A DNA stretch of 64,000 bases from Octopus sinensis (taxonomy: Eukaryota), in assembly GCF_006345805.1 (NCBI RefSeq), contig NC_042999.1, forward strand, positions 103,292,001-103,356,000. Direction: 5' to 3'. Below are positions 10,924 to 22,495 of this stretch, piece after piece. The stretch's first letter is position 1. Each line of letters begins with the position of its first letter. A program made the translations under genes and the position numbers. Under the pieces are notes generated by a model, which was not told the origin of the DNA, searched no databases, and saw only the letters and a program-made list of their open reading frames with translations.

Positions 10924-13009
10924 CCCCCTTGCAGTTTCTTTAAATGAAATACTTAGATTCCGCATCCGTGTTGAATCCTTTGTCAGTTTGTGTTTCTTGT
11001 GATTGTAAACAGATTCTCCAAATATAAATATTTCTATCTTTTCTTTACATTGGACAGGTCGTGCTTTATCTTTTAATTAGCTGAGAAGGCTGATATCCAC
11101 AAGCCAGAAACTTGGTTCTAAGGCAACCAAGGTAGCAGGTGGGGGTATTCAACTGCACGACGTGCGAAATCAAAGTTGGCCATAGCGGGGTTTGAACTCA
11201 GAACACAAAAAGCCACAACAAACACGACAAGGTATCCTGTTCAATTTTGATACAGTCGTGCCGCTCTATCGCTTTGGATTTGGATTTTGTTATTACGAAA
11301 ATATGAAACGTAACGTTGACATAAGCGGAATTTAACGAATTCCTCTTCTCTCATCTGCAACTTTAACAAAATATATCAGATTATAAAAAAATGTTAGGCC
11401 CACTTTTGTATTAGTTTCAGTAGAGCTCACGTGTTATATTTGTTAGATAATTGTTAACTTTTTCACGATCGAGATCATGATCTTGAACATTATCTAGAAT
11501 ATTATCATGGGCCAAAAGTGAGAGAAACCTCTCGTTAGTTTCATGATATGCCTAGAAATATCAACCAAGTCCCTGTTCACGACTTTCTAGCCTGAAAGAG
11601 GAAGAGGAACACACTGGACAATCGGGTCCAAGACAGTAAAGATACAGCTGGATCGATCGATTTTTGACCATAGTTATTCTTGATCAATGTTTACCTGATG
11701 CTAAACACCAAGATCTTCACCACCTCCACTACCATCACCGCCTCTACTATCATCTTAATCACCATTCTCATCCCTCTTCTCATCATCGTTATCATTATTA
11801 TTATTTACGGTCGGTAGCGATATAATAAATTCCACATAAACAAATACCCCATGCAGCATTATTCTACTGTCCGAGTTGAAATACTGCCAAATTTAATGTT
11901 TCTTCCCCTCTTCTATGTGTCTGATAGAATATGGTTTAAGAATGTTCTAAGGTTTACTCAAACGACTGGAGCCCCTTCCCCTTCCTTCACATTCTGGTAA
12001 AGTTTATATCTTTGTGCTGACACTAGAAATCGTTATAGTGCAGTAATAAAGTGACAATATAATTTAGAAACAGACTGGAACAATGAATGTTGTCAAAAAC
12101 ATAGAGAAACAAAACAAAGCCAACACAATAACAACAAATGCTAAAAATAATCAATATGTCTTATGATTCTTGGAACCACGACTTAGATTTCTATCGATTA
12201 TTGTTATTATATTCTAATAATCTATTTTCTGATAAATTATTGTAATGTTATTTTCTTTTAGCTGTCCGAACCGCCTCTTTATTAATCCCTGTGAAGAGTT
12301 TCTGGCTTACACATTTATTATACGTACTTCTAAAGATTTCTTCATATCTTATAGTCACGCTTTAACAACACGGCGTGTAATCAATTGAGACATATGTACT
12401 CATACACATACAGACGCACATCGAGGAAGTCCGATCAAAATGGCTATGTTTTGCTTGTTAAGAACGAAACCAATATCGGTTGCACAATAGAATTATTTTA
12501 CATGCACATTCGTCCCATCACGACCAAAAGTCGAAAACTGCTTATAATAGGAAATGCGACTGACCGGCTCCTTATTTTGAATTCCTAATATATAAAGAGA
12601 TCTCTCTTTTCTTTGTAATGAATATTATGTTTTCGATCATTCACATGACAAACTATCTTTCATTCGTAGTAGATCAATTTATAATATTTTCCGGGCGGGA
12701 GAAAAAAAATTTAGCTCAAAATACTAAAATACCATGCAGAATACTGAATTTTATGGGGTTTTAAGTTTCCACAGTGGTTTCCATAAAAGAAAAATCCTTT
12801 CTTGTATACTGAGACTGTTTTACAAAACAAGATGAAAGAGGAAAAAATATTGTGAATGACTCAAAACACTATATATAAATAAGTACATACATATACACCT
12901 ACCTAGTCCTCGTATGTATACATATACACACATACACACATAGATATATGTGTGTGTGTGTGAGTGTCTATGTGAGTGTGCGTATCTATGTGTTTGTGCT
13001 TGTTTATGT

Positions 13010-13140
13010 GCATGTTTCCCACCACCTCTTGATAACGTAGCGGTTTGGCAAAATATACCGATACAATAAGCAACAGGCTTTAAAAATAAAGTAATGGGGT
13101 CGATTGGTTCGGCTAAAATTTCTTCTACGCGGTACCACAT
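13010..13140 (+). mobile_element. 3' fragment of microsatellite-containing SINE family (as 34750-35260)
   Basis: GCGGTTTGGCAAAA...GGGGTCGATT matches the 3' part of 34750-35260 and 36885-37222. Confidence 0.55.
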
Positions 13141-13502
13141 TATATTCAGGCAGCCTAGGTCTGTTGAGTAATCCGTTACAGGATATGCGGACTTCAAAAT
13201 ATAGCTACACCACACATGTATATATATATATCAATATGGATACCCTGGACCCATTTATTTGAGCTATATAAAAGGTAGCTCATATAAAGATATCAATATT
13301 TGGATGTTTGTTTGCTTGTGAGTCACATACAGGTATGCAGCAAATTCTTCAGCAATAATCAGTCGCTGAACCATCTCTACAAAACACCATGTCAAAAAAG
13401 AAAAGTTTCTGTACGCCATTTAAATTTATTTATCTTGTAAAGATATAAATATCTACATGATTTCAGTTTTTGTTTCTCTTTCTCTATACATATTTACATA
13501 AG

Positions 13503-14373
13503 TATAATTAAGGGCTCTGGAATGCCAGCGCCTATACGCTCAAAGTAGATGTCAAATACCTACAATTCACTCTAAATTGGTTCTCTATTTATAACTCTAG
13601 GTCAGATGCGAGGCAATGGGCAAGAAGATTTACAAAATTTCGGATAATCCCAGCCAGATCTAAAGATTTCATGCCCTGCAATAGAAATTGCTTTGCAATC
13701 CTCAGTAGAAATTCACCGATAAACATAAACAAGAAATATATATACATACCGATAAATTTATTCGTAGATACCAATATATACATGTATTTCCCGCGTATAC
13801 ATTCTATCTACTAGCGTATCTCCATGCGGTTAATGTCAGAAATTATACGGGGTAAATACAGTTCCGCAGTATAATGTAATGACTAGAGATATAATCATTA
13901 AAATGATTATATTCTTGGCTAACATATATAAAGTAATCGTATCGGTAAAATTAATTTTTAAGTATATAATTATAGAATATAATTATAATTAAGGGCTCTG
14001 GAATGCCAGCGCCTATACGTTAAAAGTAGATGTCGAATACCTAAAATCCACTCTAAATGCATGTATATATTGCAATCTACGAATAGATTTATCGGTATCT
14101 ATATGTATTTCTTGTTTATATGTTTATCGGTGTATTTCTACTGAGGATTTCTATTGCAGAGCATGAAATCTTAATATACAGGATTATCCGAAATTTTGTA
14201 AAGCATCTTGCACATTGGCGTGCATCCGACCTAGAGTTATAAATAGAGAACTAATTTAGAGTGAATTGTAAGTATTTGACATCTACTTTTAGCGTATAGG
14301 CACTGGCATTTCAGAGCCCTTAATTATAATTATATTTTATAATTATATACTTAAAAATTAATTTACCCGATAC
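13503..14373. repeat. Nested inverted repeat (foldback-like element)
   Basis: 13503-13769 is the inverted copy of 14075-14328. 13939-14058 is the inverted copy of 14254-14373 and overlaps a direct copy of the start of the first arm. Confidence 0.85.
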
Positions 14374-14559
14374 AGCCACTTTCTATACGCTAGCTATACC
14401 CATAAATTTATAAGTATATATTTATATGAATATATGCATTCATGTATATTCTATATATCAATCTCAAGCGTGTTTATCTGCATCACTATCTCTCTTTACA
14501 CACACACATATGCACGCGCACCTGCATTTTGTTATCACCGCTACTTTAATATCTCCCCT

Positions 14560-14782
14560 TCTTCCTAGCCCTCCTGTGTGAACCCTCTGTCCAGCATTCG
14601 CCATGATAGATCGCTAGTCATTACACATTCTTTATTTTCTCTCCTTGTTTCTTTCTGTGTTCCTTTCTGTGGAAGATCGTAGGCTCGAAACGTTAAAGAC
14701 TTTTTCACTTCCCGAGCGTTAAACTAATACATCTGTTTGTTGTCTATAGCACTTGCCTTCGTCTTTTTTTTGTGAATCCTCC

Positions 14783-14785
<3 letters not shown>
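14560..14785 (+). mobile_element. Penelope-like pLTR-type remnant ending in (TA)n
   Basis: GAAGA...GGCTCGAAACGTTA signature, T-rich flanks and termination in (TA)n resemble PLE pseudo-LTR remnants. Family assignment is inference. Confidence 0.4.
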
Positions 14786-14858
<73 letters not shown>

Positions 14859-15374
14859 AGCATGCATACAGATATATAGTTATAAATATAGATGCACATA
14901 TAAATGTATACACGCAGTTATACAAAAATTAGGTCTTTGCAGTTATCATTAATGACTCGTGAGTATTCAATTGAGACGGGTTCTAGATAAGACAGGCCTT
15001 TATAGACAAAACGTGCATAATAAGCTACCCACGGGCTGTAGGAGTCTGGAAAAATAAACGTCATTAATTCTTAACCTCATTGATCTGTGAAGATCATAGT
15101 TGCAAATATTACGTTTATTATCGTATTATTCCCTCGCCTGGGGATAAGAGAAATATTATTGAAATCTTTAATGATTTTTATCGCTCGATCTATGATATTT
15201 TATCGTTGTATTTATTAGTTTTTACGAAGTATTAGCCTCACTCACTAGATATTTTCTCAATTCTTCTGCACCTGTTGACAGTAAACCAATTACCGTCACT
15301 CCATTATATTGCCCTATCATGTATCTATCCGTCACGTTTCCCGTGCCTTATACTATTGTTCTCGTAAGATCTAC

Positions 15375-15421
15375 ATATATACATACATACACACATATAT
15401 CTATATATATATATATGTATA

Positions 15422-15505
<84 letters not shown>

Positions 15506-15629
15506 ATGTGTGTGTGGTATGTATGTATATGTATGTATGTGTATGTATGTATATGTATATATGTATATGCATGTATGTATATGTATGTATATGTATGTAT
15601 GTATATGCATGTATGTATATGTATGTATG

Positions 15630-15671
<42 letters not shown>

Positions 15672-15675
15672 CATA

Positions 15676-15707
<32 letters not shown>

Positions 15708-15854
15708 CGTGTATATATATATATACGTGTGTAAATATATATATATATATATGGATGTATGTATATATACGTGTGTGTATATATATACGTATATATATAT
15801 ACGTATATATACTCATATATATATATACGTGTGTGTATATATATATATAATATA

Positions 15855-15948
<94 letters not shown>
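15375..15948. repeat. Large compound TA/GT/ATGT microsatellite
   Basis: Directly visible; source of several spurious Y/I/V/C-rich ORFs. Confidence 0.95.
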
Positions 15949-15953
<5 letters not shown>

Positions 15954-15982
15954 CGAGAAAGAAGCAACAAGAATGGATAGGT

Positions 15983-16073
15983 TTTTAGTACAATCGTTTC
16001 ATACAAGGACAGGCTTTATTAAAAGTTGCAAAAATTACAGCATATAAACGTGTCCCGTACTCATCAGCTAAAA
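15983..16073 (-). ncRNA. Type I hammerhead ribozyme motif (copy A)
   Basis: Minus strand: ttttag-CTGATGA-gtacgggac..(loop)..gtccttgtat-GAAA-cgattg-TA^ctaaaa. Stem I 6 bp; stem II 9 bp with one bulge; GUA cleavage predicted between 15989 and 15988. Confidence 0.75.
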
Positions 16074-16613
16074 TACATGTGAGTTCTCTAGACATCCTAG
16101 TGGTTGAGGCTATACTCATGAAGTAATGTAGATAATTAAGTAACATAAACAGATTTCCAAAGTTCATTAAAGTTCTTTAAAGATGATGTACAGTCTTATC
16201 ACAGAATTTTAAAAAAGTTTTAATAGCATCACAGAGAAGGTGATCTAATCCATAGTGCACATATGAATTTCCAGAGATATGATGAGGGATTACATACTCA
16301 CAGAAGACAAATTTATCCATTGTTAATCACAACGAGGTGGGTCTCAATTCCTGCTTATTAGCATTATAGAGAGGGTGAATTAATCCTTTGTATAGATGCA
16401 CAATTTCCAATGGTGTAGATGTAAATTTCCAGAGAAATGAAGAGGAATTTCATATTCACAGGCGATAAATTTATCAATGGTTGAACACAATGAGGTAGGT
16501 ATCAATTCTTGTTATATGATTAGGTATTTGCCACATTAATCACATTACTGCTATTTACAAGAGGCTGTAGCTATTTAACTTTTAAAGGCTGAAGGGCTGA
16601 GAACTCACATGTA

Positions 16614-16704
16614 TTTTAGCTGATGAGTACGGGACACGTTTATATGCTGTAATTTTTGAAACTTTTAATAAAGCCTGTCCTTGTATGAAACGATTGTACT
16701 AAAA
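16614..16704 (+). ncRNA. Type I hammerhead ribozyme motif (copy B)
   Basis: ttttag(16614)-CTGATGA(16620-26)-stem II-GAAA(16687-90)-cgattg-TA^(16698)-ctaaaa. Confidence 0.75.
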
Positions 16705-17101
16705 ACCTATCCATTATTGTTGCTTCTTTCTCGCTTATAATCACCCCACATTACTGTATTGTTAAAACAGTATAGTTTTTTTTTTGGTGCATCTAAGTTA
16801 GGTACCATATTCAAGTAAATTCATTTAAATTAACTTGAATCTTTATTGCTTTTTGTATATATATATATATATACGTATATATATTTATACATATGTATAT
16901 ACATATATATATATATAAATAGATGAGTGTATTTTTACCTTGTTAACAATTAACACGGAAAAAATAAATAAATCCATTTATTTATTCATATATATATATA
17001 TATATATATTGATAGGAATAAGACAACAAAAGAAAGAGACCTCGATGTTATGTAAATAGTGGAATTTATCTGTAAAAGTAATACGTGACAATCATTCGGT
17101 A

Positions 17102-17171
17102 GCCATGATAGAACTCCGAGTTTCGGATGCCTAGGTTGAAATCCACGCCGCCATCTCTTCAGTTATCCGGC
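17102..17171 (-). ncRNA. Hammerhead-like motif in a PLE-like remnant
   Basis: Minus strand: gccggataa-CTGAAGA-gatg...catc-c-GAAA-ctcggag-TT-ctatcatggc. Stem I is imperfect; stem II has one extra C. Confidence 0.45.
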
Positions 17172-17501
17172 CATCGGAAAAATGCTATGAAAAATGACCG
17201 TCATACAAAGAGAAAATACTGTGTGATTGGCCGTTATTAAGACAAAACAGCTATTTGAATGATCATTAAGTGAGAGGAGGGAGTAAAAGTAAGGAGGTAA
17301 AATGTTCATAGTATTCGCGTAAGCGCGCATGTTCATACCTACACTTGCACGTTCGCACGCCCACGTGCGTGCGCCTAAAAGTATACTTTCATCCACCCTC
17401 ACTTGAAAACGTACACATTCTCAGGCTATTCCGTTGATCGGGTCACCTGGAACTCTCGCCGTCGGAAGCGACGGAGTGCTATACATGCACACACATACAT
17501 A

Positions 17502-17568
<67 letters not shown>

Positions 17569-20535
17569 TTATGTGTGTGTGTGCCTGTGAACACACACTT
17601 ACACATATTGTATGCATGTATCGAAGAGCAAAGTAACAGCAATAAACAAACAAGTTGAGTTGACGTTCATAATTATTAGCTTGGCGTTCAGAGAAATACA
17701 AAGCGATATAATCAATCGGACATTGTGCTTCTCCAGATAATAGTGAAGAGTGGAAAGATAAAAATGAAATTCAGTAAAACATTGCAAGTTTCGTTGGTCT
17801 ACTAGTATATAAAGAACTTCGAAGTCACTGTCAAAAATATTCTTCTAAGAAAATAATAAACATATACTCTGCAAATGTATTGAATAATCTTTAGCTTCAT
17901 GTAAAATGATTAGACATGAAAACAAACCTTTATATATTTATATAAATATATAATAGCAAAGGGTAAAATTAATTAATTAAGAAGTAATCAATAATTTCAC
18001 CAAGTAGAATTCGGTCTGAAAAAAGGACCATTTCACGGTAAACTTAAGTAATACTTAATAAAAGGGTTCAGCAAAGACTTGCTTTACCACATACCGAAGT
18101 TTAGAAATAGCAGCCAAAAATCTTAGCTATTTCTTCTACTTTATATATGTGTGTGTGTGCGTGTGTAAATATCTATAAATACACACAGACATATATATTT
18201 TTTTATATACGTGTGTGTGTGTACGTATGTATAAATACATATACGCATATATATATTTCATATATGTGTGTATGCATGTGTGTGTCCATGTGTGTGTGCA
18301 TCTGTGTGTGTGTGTGTGTGTGTGCGCTTATGCATGTATAATGTGACTATATACATACTTACATACATATATTCATATATACATGTATACGCGCATACAT
18401 ATATGTCTATATACAATATAAATTTACATTTATATATATAAATCTAGATATTTATAAGTATGTATAATATATATATATTTGTGCTTGTATGTGTGTGTGT
18501 GGGGGGGGCGCAGTTCCTCTGTACTCAGATGTATTTAACGTTAAGAAATACCACCACTAAAGTAATGGCAACGCATTAAAGTAATTCAATTTTTAAAAAT
18601 CTTACTTACTAAAACGAAATATCTTAGTTTCACAGAACTGTATGTAAACGATATGGAATACAGCATATCTAGACACGTTTATTGTGGTTTGCTGGAGGCA
18701 ATTATTAGCTTTTAGTTGATGGGCGGTTCCAAAACATATCAACTTAATGAATGTTTATTATTTGTTTCTTACTTGTTTTTTCCTAAGCACTATACTCTTT
18801 TTCCCGTTTTGGTTGTATTTTTTGCTTTTGAATTTCTTGCACAACATGAACTTTAACGTTCGTGCGCTGAAGCCCGTTGAAGAAAATAGTGCATGACCGA
18901 TATTTGTCTCAAACAAATAGTAAATATTGATTCCTCACTGACATATTGGTGCAGACATGATTATGTGCTTAAGAAATTCACATCAAAGTCAAATAGACTG
19001 GGGTTGATCTCTGCACGGCCCACCAGGCAAGTATTTTCAATTTTGCCTCTAGACTTACCCAATCTTTTAAATAAAATTGGTTAGACAGAAGATGTGTGCT
19101 AGCTCATTTGATAGCCTGTACTTCTCCTGATTCGAAGTCCGTTGTCCGAATTATCACCAATCTCCTAGCTTCTTAATGTTATTTGTAATGTCCATTCTGT
19201 TGCAGACATTTGGAAAATGTATTTAGTAAAATGATAACACGATATTTGGATGCGCTTCTTTCTACACCAGCAACTTACGAGTTGTTTTTCTCAGTCTCTC
19301 TTTTTATAAATCTGTGTTGGTGGACTACATTTTTTTCCCTGTGGCTAAAATAAAATCACAACAAATATATGATTCAATGCCTTCGAGAGAGAATGAAACC
19401 TAGATTTCTGCTGCCTTGGAAAAAACTTTTGTGACACTCATACTTTGGTCAAGTCTACTTAGAATCCTAAGAGAAACACTTTGTCTCAACTGAGAACTGA
19501 AACTGCTCTGTAGTACCAACTGCTCCAAAACATTCCTCGTTTTAAAAGCTTTAATTAAATGCAAAGTGAACCGATTTGGTTGATCTATTTTTAAACCTGA
19601 TGTTAGTAAATTGAAGATTTATATGGACTTTATCGAGATAAATTTAGTTATTTTATCGGTGAGTTAAAATGTGTAAAGTATAATTTATAAATACAATTTA
19701 AAGAGTAGATTTAAATTGAAAACTACTTTAATGGAGAGTTACTGAAACATTATTTAAATTGTAATTTTCTAGATTATAGTCTTAAAATAGAATTTGTAAA
19801 TATGTAAGAGTTTATATAATTCGTCATTAAAATTACTATATTGGGAAATTATTAATTCTAAGTCATAAATAACGGTTACAGTTCAGATTGATTACTAGAA
19901 AGTAAAGAAGTGGATACTAAAGATAAGCATATTTTCATTCAAGTCTTTTGTTTCTAATTTTGTTGTATAGTATTGATTTCCAAAACCATTAATCTCGTTC
20001 TGTCGCTTTAGGATTTCACTTCATTTATTTACATATACTATTTACATATACATATATTTACATATAATACATTTATTTACATATACTAAAATGAATAAAG
20101 AAGTTGCTAAGCGGTCACTCTATCAACTAGAAATAGAAATTAAATCTCTCTGACCCCGCCCAGTTATCTTAAAAAGGAAGGACGCGTCTAAAGAATAAAG
20201 GGAAGTATAAGAAAGTTTTGAGAGGAATTTCTTCGATTATAGACCTGCTTGATCAGGGTTGGCCAGTACTAAACAACAACTACAACAACATGCCTATATG
20301 CTCATAAGTTTTGTGTAAAATTTTAAAGTTATATTTTTCGCTGCCTGAAATTTCGAAGCAGCTGCATTGAAAACTACTAGCTGCTTACATGGTTAAAAGC
20401 TAAAAGGGAGAGAAAGAGTGGAGTAGCATTTTATGAAACGTTTAATTAATCACAATGCGTTAAAATATGATCAATAAACTTAGCTGCAGAGAGAGGATTC
20501 TAAAGTATTGTATGTATAAAATATGAATGCGTAGG

Positions 20536-20575
<40 letters not shown>

Positions 20576-20579
20576 TAGT

Positions 20580-20788
20580 TGTTTCAAATTTTGGCACAGG
20601 GAGAGAAATTTAAGGGATGGGGTAAGTCGGTTACATCTCCCTCAGTATTCATCTTGTACTTATTTTATCGACCCTGAAGGGATAAACGACAAAGTCGACC
20701 TCGTCAGAATTTAAACTCTGAAGATAAAGAGCAGGGTTGTCGTTAAGAATTTTGCCCGGCGTGTTAACGACTCTGCCAGCTAGCCTTA
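20580..20788 (-). mobile_element. Nin-domain-like SINE
   Basis: Reverse complement matches the head and core of 24755-24900. Confidence 0.75.
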
Positions 20789-20799
20789 TAGTGTGTGTG

Positions 20800-21048
20800 C
20801 GCGAGCGGACTCGCGGTCGAGGGATCGCGGGTTCGAATCTCAGACCGGGCGATGTGTGTGTTTATGAGCGAAACCGGCAGGAGGTAATGGCGAACTTCTG
20901 CTGACTCTTTCGCCACAACATTCTCTCACTATTTCCTCCTGCATCTTGCAGCAAACACGGCGTTCCGTCCAGGTGGGGAACCTATACGCCAAGGAAACTG
21001 GGAAACCGGCCTATGAGCCAGGCATGGCTTGAGAAGGAACAAACAACA
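20800..21048 (+). mobile_element. tRNA-derived SINE (same family as 35541-35843)
   Basis: B-box GGGTTCGAATCTC; body and 3' end GAGAAGGAACAAACAACAA shared with 35541-35843. Confidence 0.85.
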
Positions 21049-21068
21049 ATATATATATATATATATAT

Positions 21069-21300
21069 ACCGGAGTAAACACATAAATGTGAAACAAGGT
21101 GGAAAAAAGAGTACTCAAATACCAGTGGTAGAGTAATATGCTTTATTTTAAGCAGCAGAAAATTCAACAAAATCTGTTACTCTGATTTTCTCGTTGCCGT
21201 TCATCAGACAGATTCACAGTTTTTTCTAGCAAAAACTGTTGATGAACGGCAACGAGAACTCAGAGTAACAGATTTTGTTGAATTTTCTGCTGCTTAAAGA
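21069..21300. mobile_element. PLE-like remnant with ~60-bp inverted arms, inserted in (TA)n
   Basis: 21147-21206 is inverted to 21240-21298. The left extension is similar to 36690-36830. (TA)n on both sides. Confidence 0.65.
21171..21214 (-). ncRNA. Minimal type I hammerhead motif (decayed)
   Basis: Minus strand: aatctgt-CTGATGA-acg gcaa cga-GAAA-atcagag-TA^acagatt. Perfect 7-bp stem I; mismatches at the first pairs of stems II and III. Confidence 0.55.
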
Positions 21301-21302
21301 AA

Positions 21303-21498
21303 GTATATATATATAGTGTATGTATATATATATATAGTATATGTATATATGTATATATATAGTATATGTATATATGTATTATATAGTATATGTATATGTA
21401 TATATATAATATGTATATAGATGTAATATATAGTATATGTATATATATATATATATATAGTATATGATATATATGTATATATAGTATATGTATATATA

Positions 21499-21529
<31 letters not shown>

Positions 21530-21760
21530 ATATATATATATTATATATTCTATATATATATATATATGTATATATATTATATATATATGATATATGTATA
21601 TAGATATATATATGTATATTATATATAATATGTATATATATATAATATAGATGTTATTATAATATGTATATATATATATATATAATATATTATATATAGT
21701 TATATCTATATATATATATATTATATATATATATATGTATTATAATATATATATATATAG

Positions 21761-21817
<57 letters not shown>

Positions 21818-21954
21818 ATTATATTGTATATATATATATATAATATGTATATATATATATATATATATACTATATATATATTATATATATATATATAGGT
21901 ATATATATATATATTATGGATATATATATATAGATATATGTATATATATATATC

Positions 21955-21988
<34 letters not shown>

Positions 21989-22000
21989 TATGTATAGTAT

Positions 22001-22037
<37 letters not shown>

Positions 22038-22067
22038 AGTATCTATAATATATATATATATTATATT
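21303..22067. repeat. Long imperfect (TA)n tract
   Basis: Directly visible. Confidence 0.95.
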
Positions 22068-22216
22068 CAAAGAGCAATTAAAGATTCAGTTAATTTAAAT
22101 GAATTTACTTGAATATGGTACCTAACTTAGATGCACCAAAAAAAACTATACTGATTTAACAATACAGTAATGTGGGGGTGATTATAAGCGAGAAGAAGCA
22201 ACAAGAATGGATAGGT

Positions 22217-22306
22217 TTTTAGTACGATCGTTTCATACAAGGACAGGTTTTATAAAAGTTGCAAAGATTACAGCATATAAACGAGTCCCGTACTCATCAG
22301 CTAAAA
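22217..22306 (-). ncRNA. Type I hammerhead ribozyme motif (copy C, best preserved)
   Basis: Minus strand: ttttag-CTGATGA-gtacgggac...gtccttgtat-GAAA-cgatcg(palindrome)-TA^ctaaaa. Confidence 0.8.
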
Positions 22307-22409
22307 TACATGTGAGTTCTCTAGACATCTAGTGTTTGAGGCTATATCATGAAGTAATGTGGATTCATGAGTAGCCTCAAACACTAGGATGTCAGAGAAC
22401 TCACATGTA

Positions 22410-22495
22410 TTTTAGCTGATGAGTACGGGACTCGTTTATGCTGTAATTTTGCAACTTTAATAAAACCTGTCCTTGTAGAAACGATCGTACTAAAA
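22410..22495 (+). ncRNA. Type I hammerhead ribozyme motif (copy D, 1-nt deletion at base of stem II)
   Basis: ttttag-CTGATGA(22416-22)-gtacgggac...gtccttgta-GAAA(22478-81)-cgatcg-TA^ctaaaa. Confidence 0.65.

Larger units (their letters stand above)
15949..16855. mobile_element. Hammerhead-bearing non-autonomous element with 140-bp inverted arms (Penelope-like pLTR architecture)
   Basis: 15949-16088 is the reverse complement of 16599-16738 with 2 mismatches. The right arm extends to 16855. (TA)n flanks both sides. Homologous to 22068-22524. Confidence 0.8.

Noticed and set aside
14145-14215. CTGAGGA...GAAA in the foldback arm
   Set aside because: Stem II and III pair only with a non-canonical core (CTACTGA), and stem I is weak.
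14661-14705. Hammerhead in the PLE-like remnant (GGAAGA...GCTCGAAACGTTA)
   Set aside because: The core lacks CUGANGA and the stem I/II registers are inconsistent.
15309-15980. Numerous long ORFs rich in Y/I/V/C/H/T (also at 21735, 29578, 33868, 38013, 43126, 44239, 61384 and others)
   Set aside because: They are translations of TA/CA/ATGT microsatellites lacking stop codons, with no protein-like composition.
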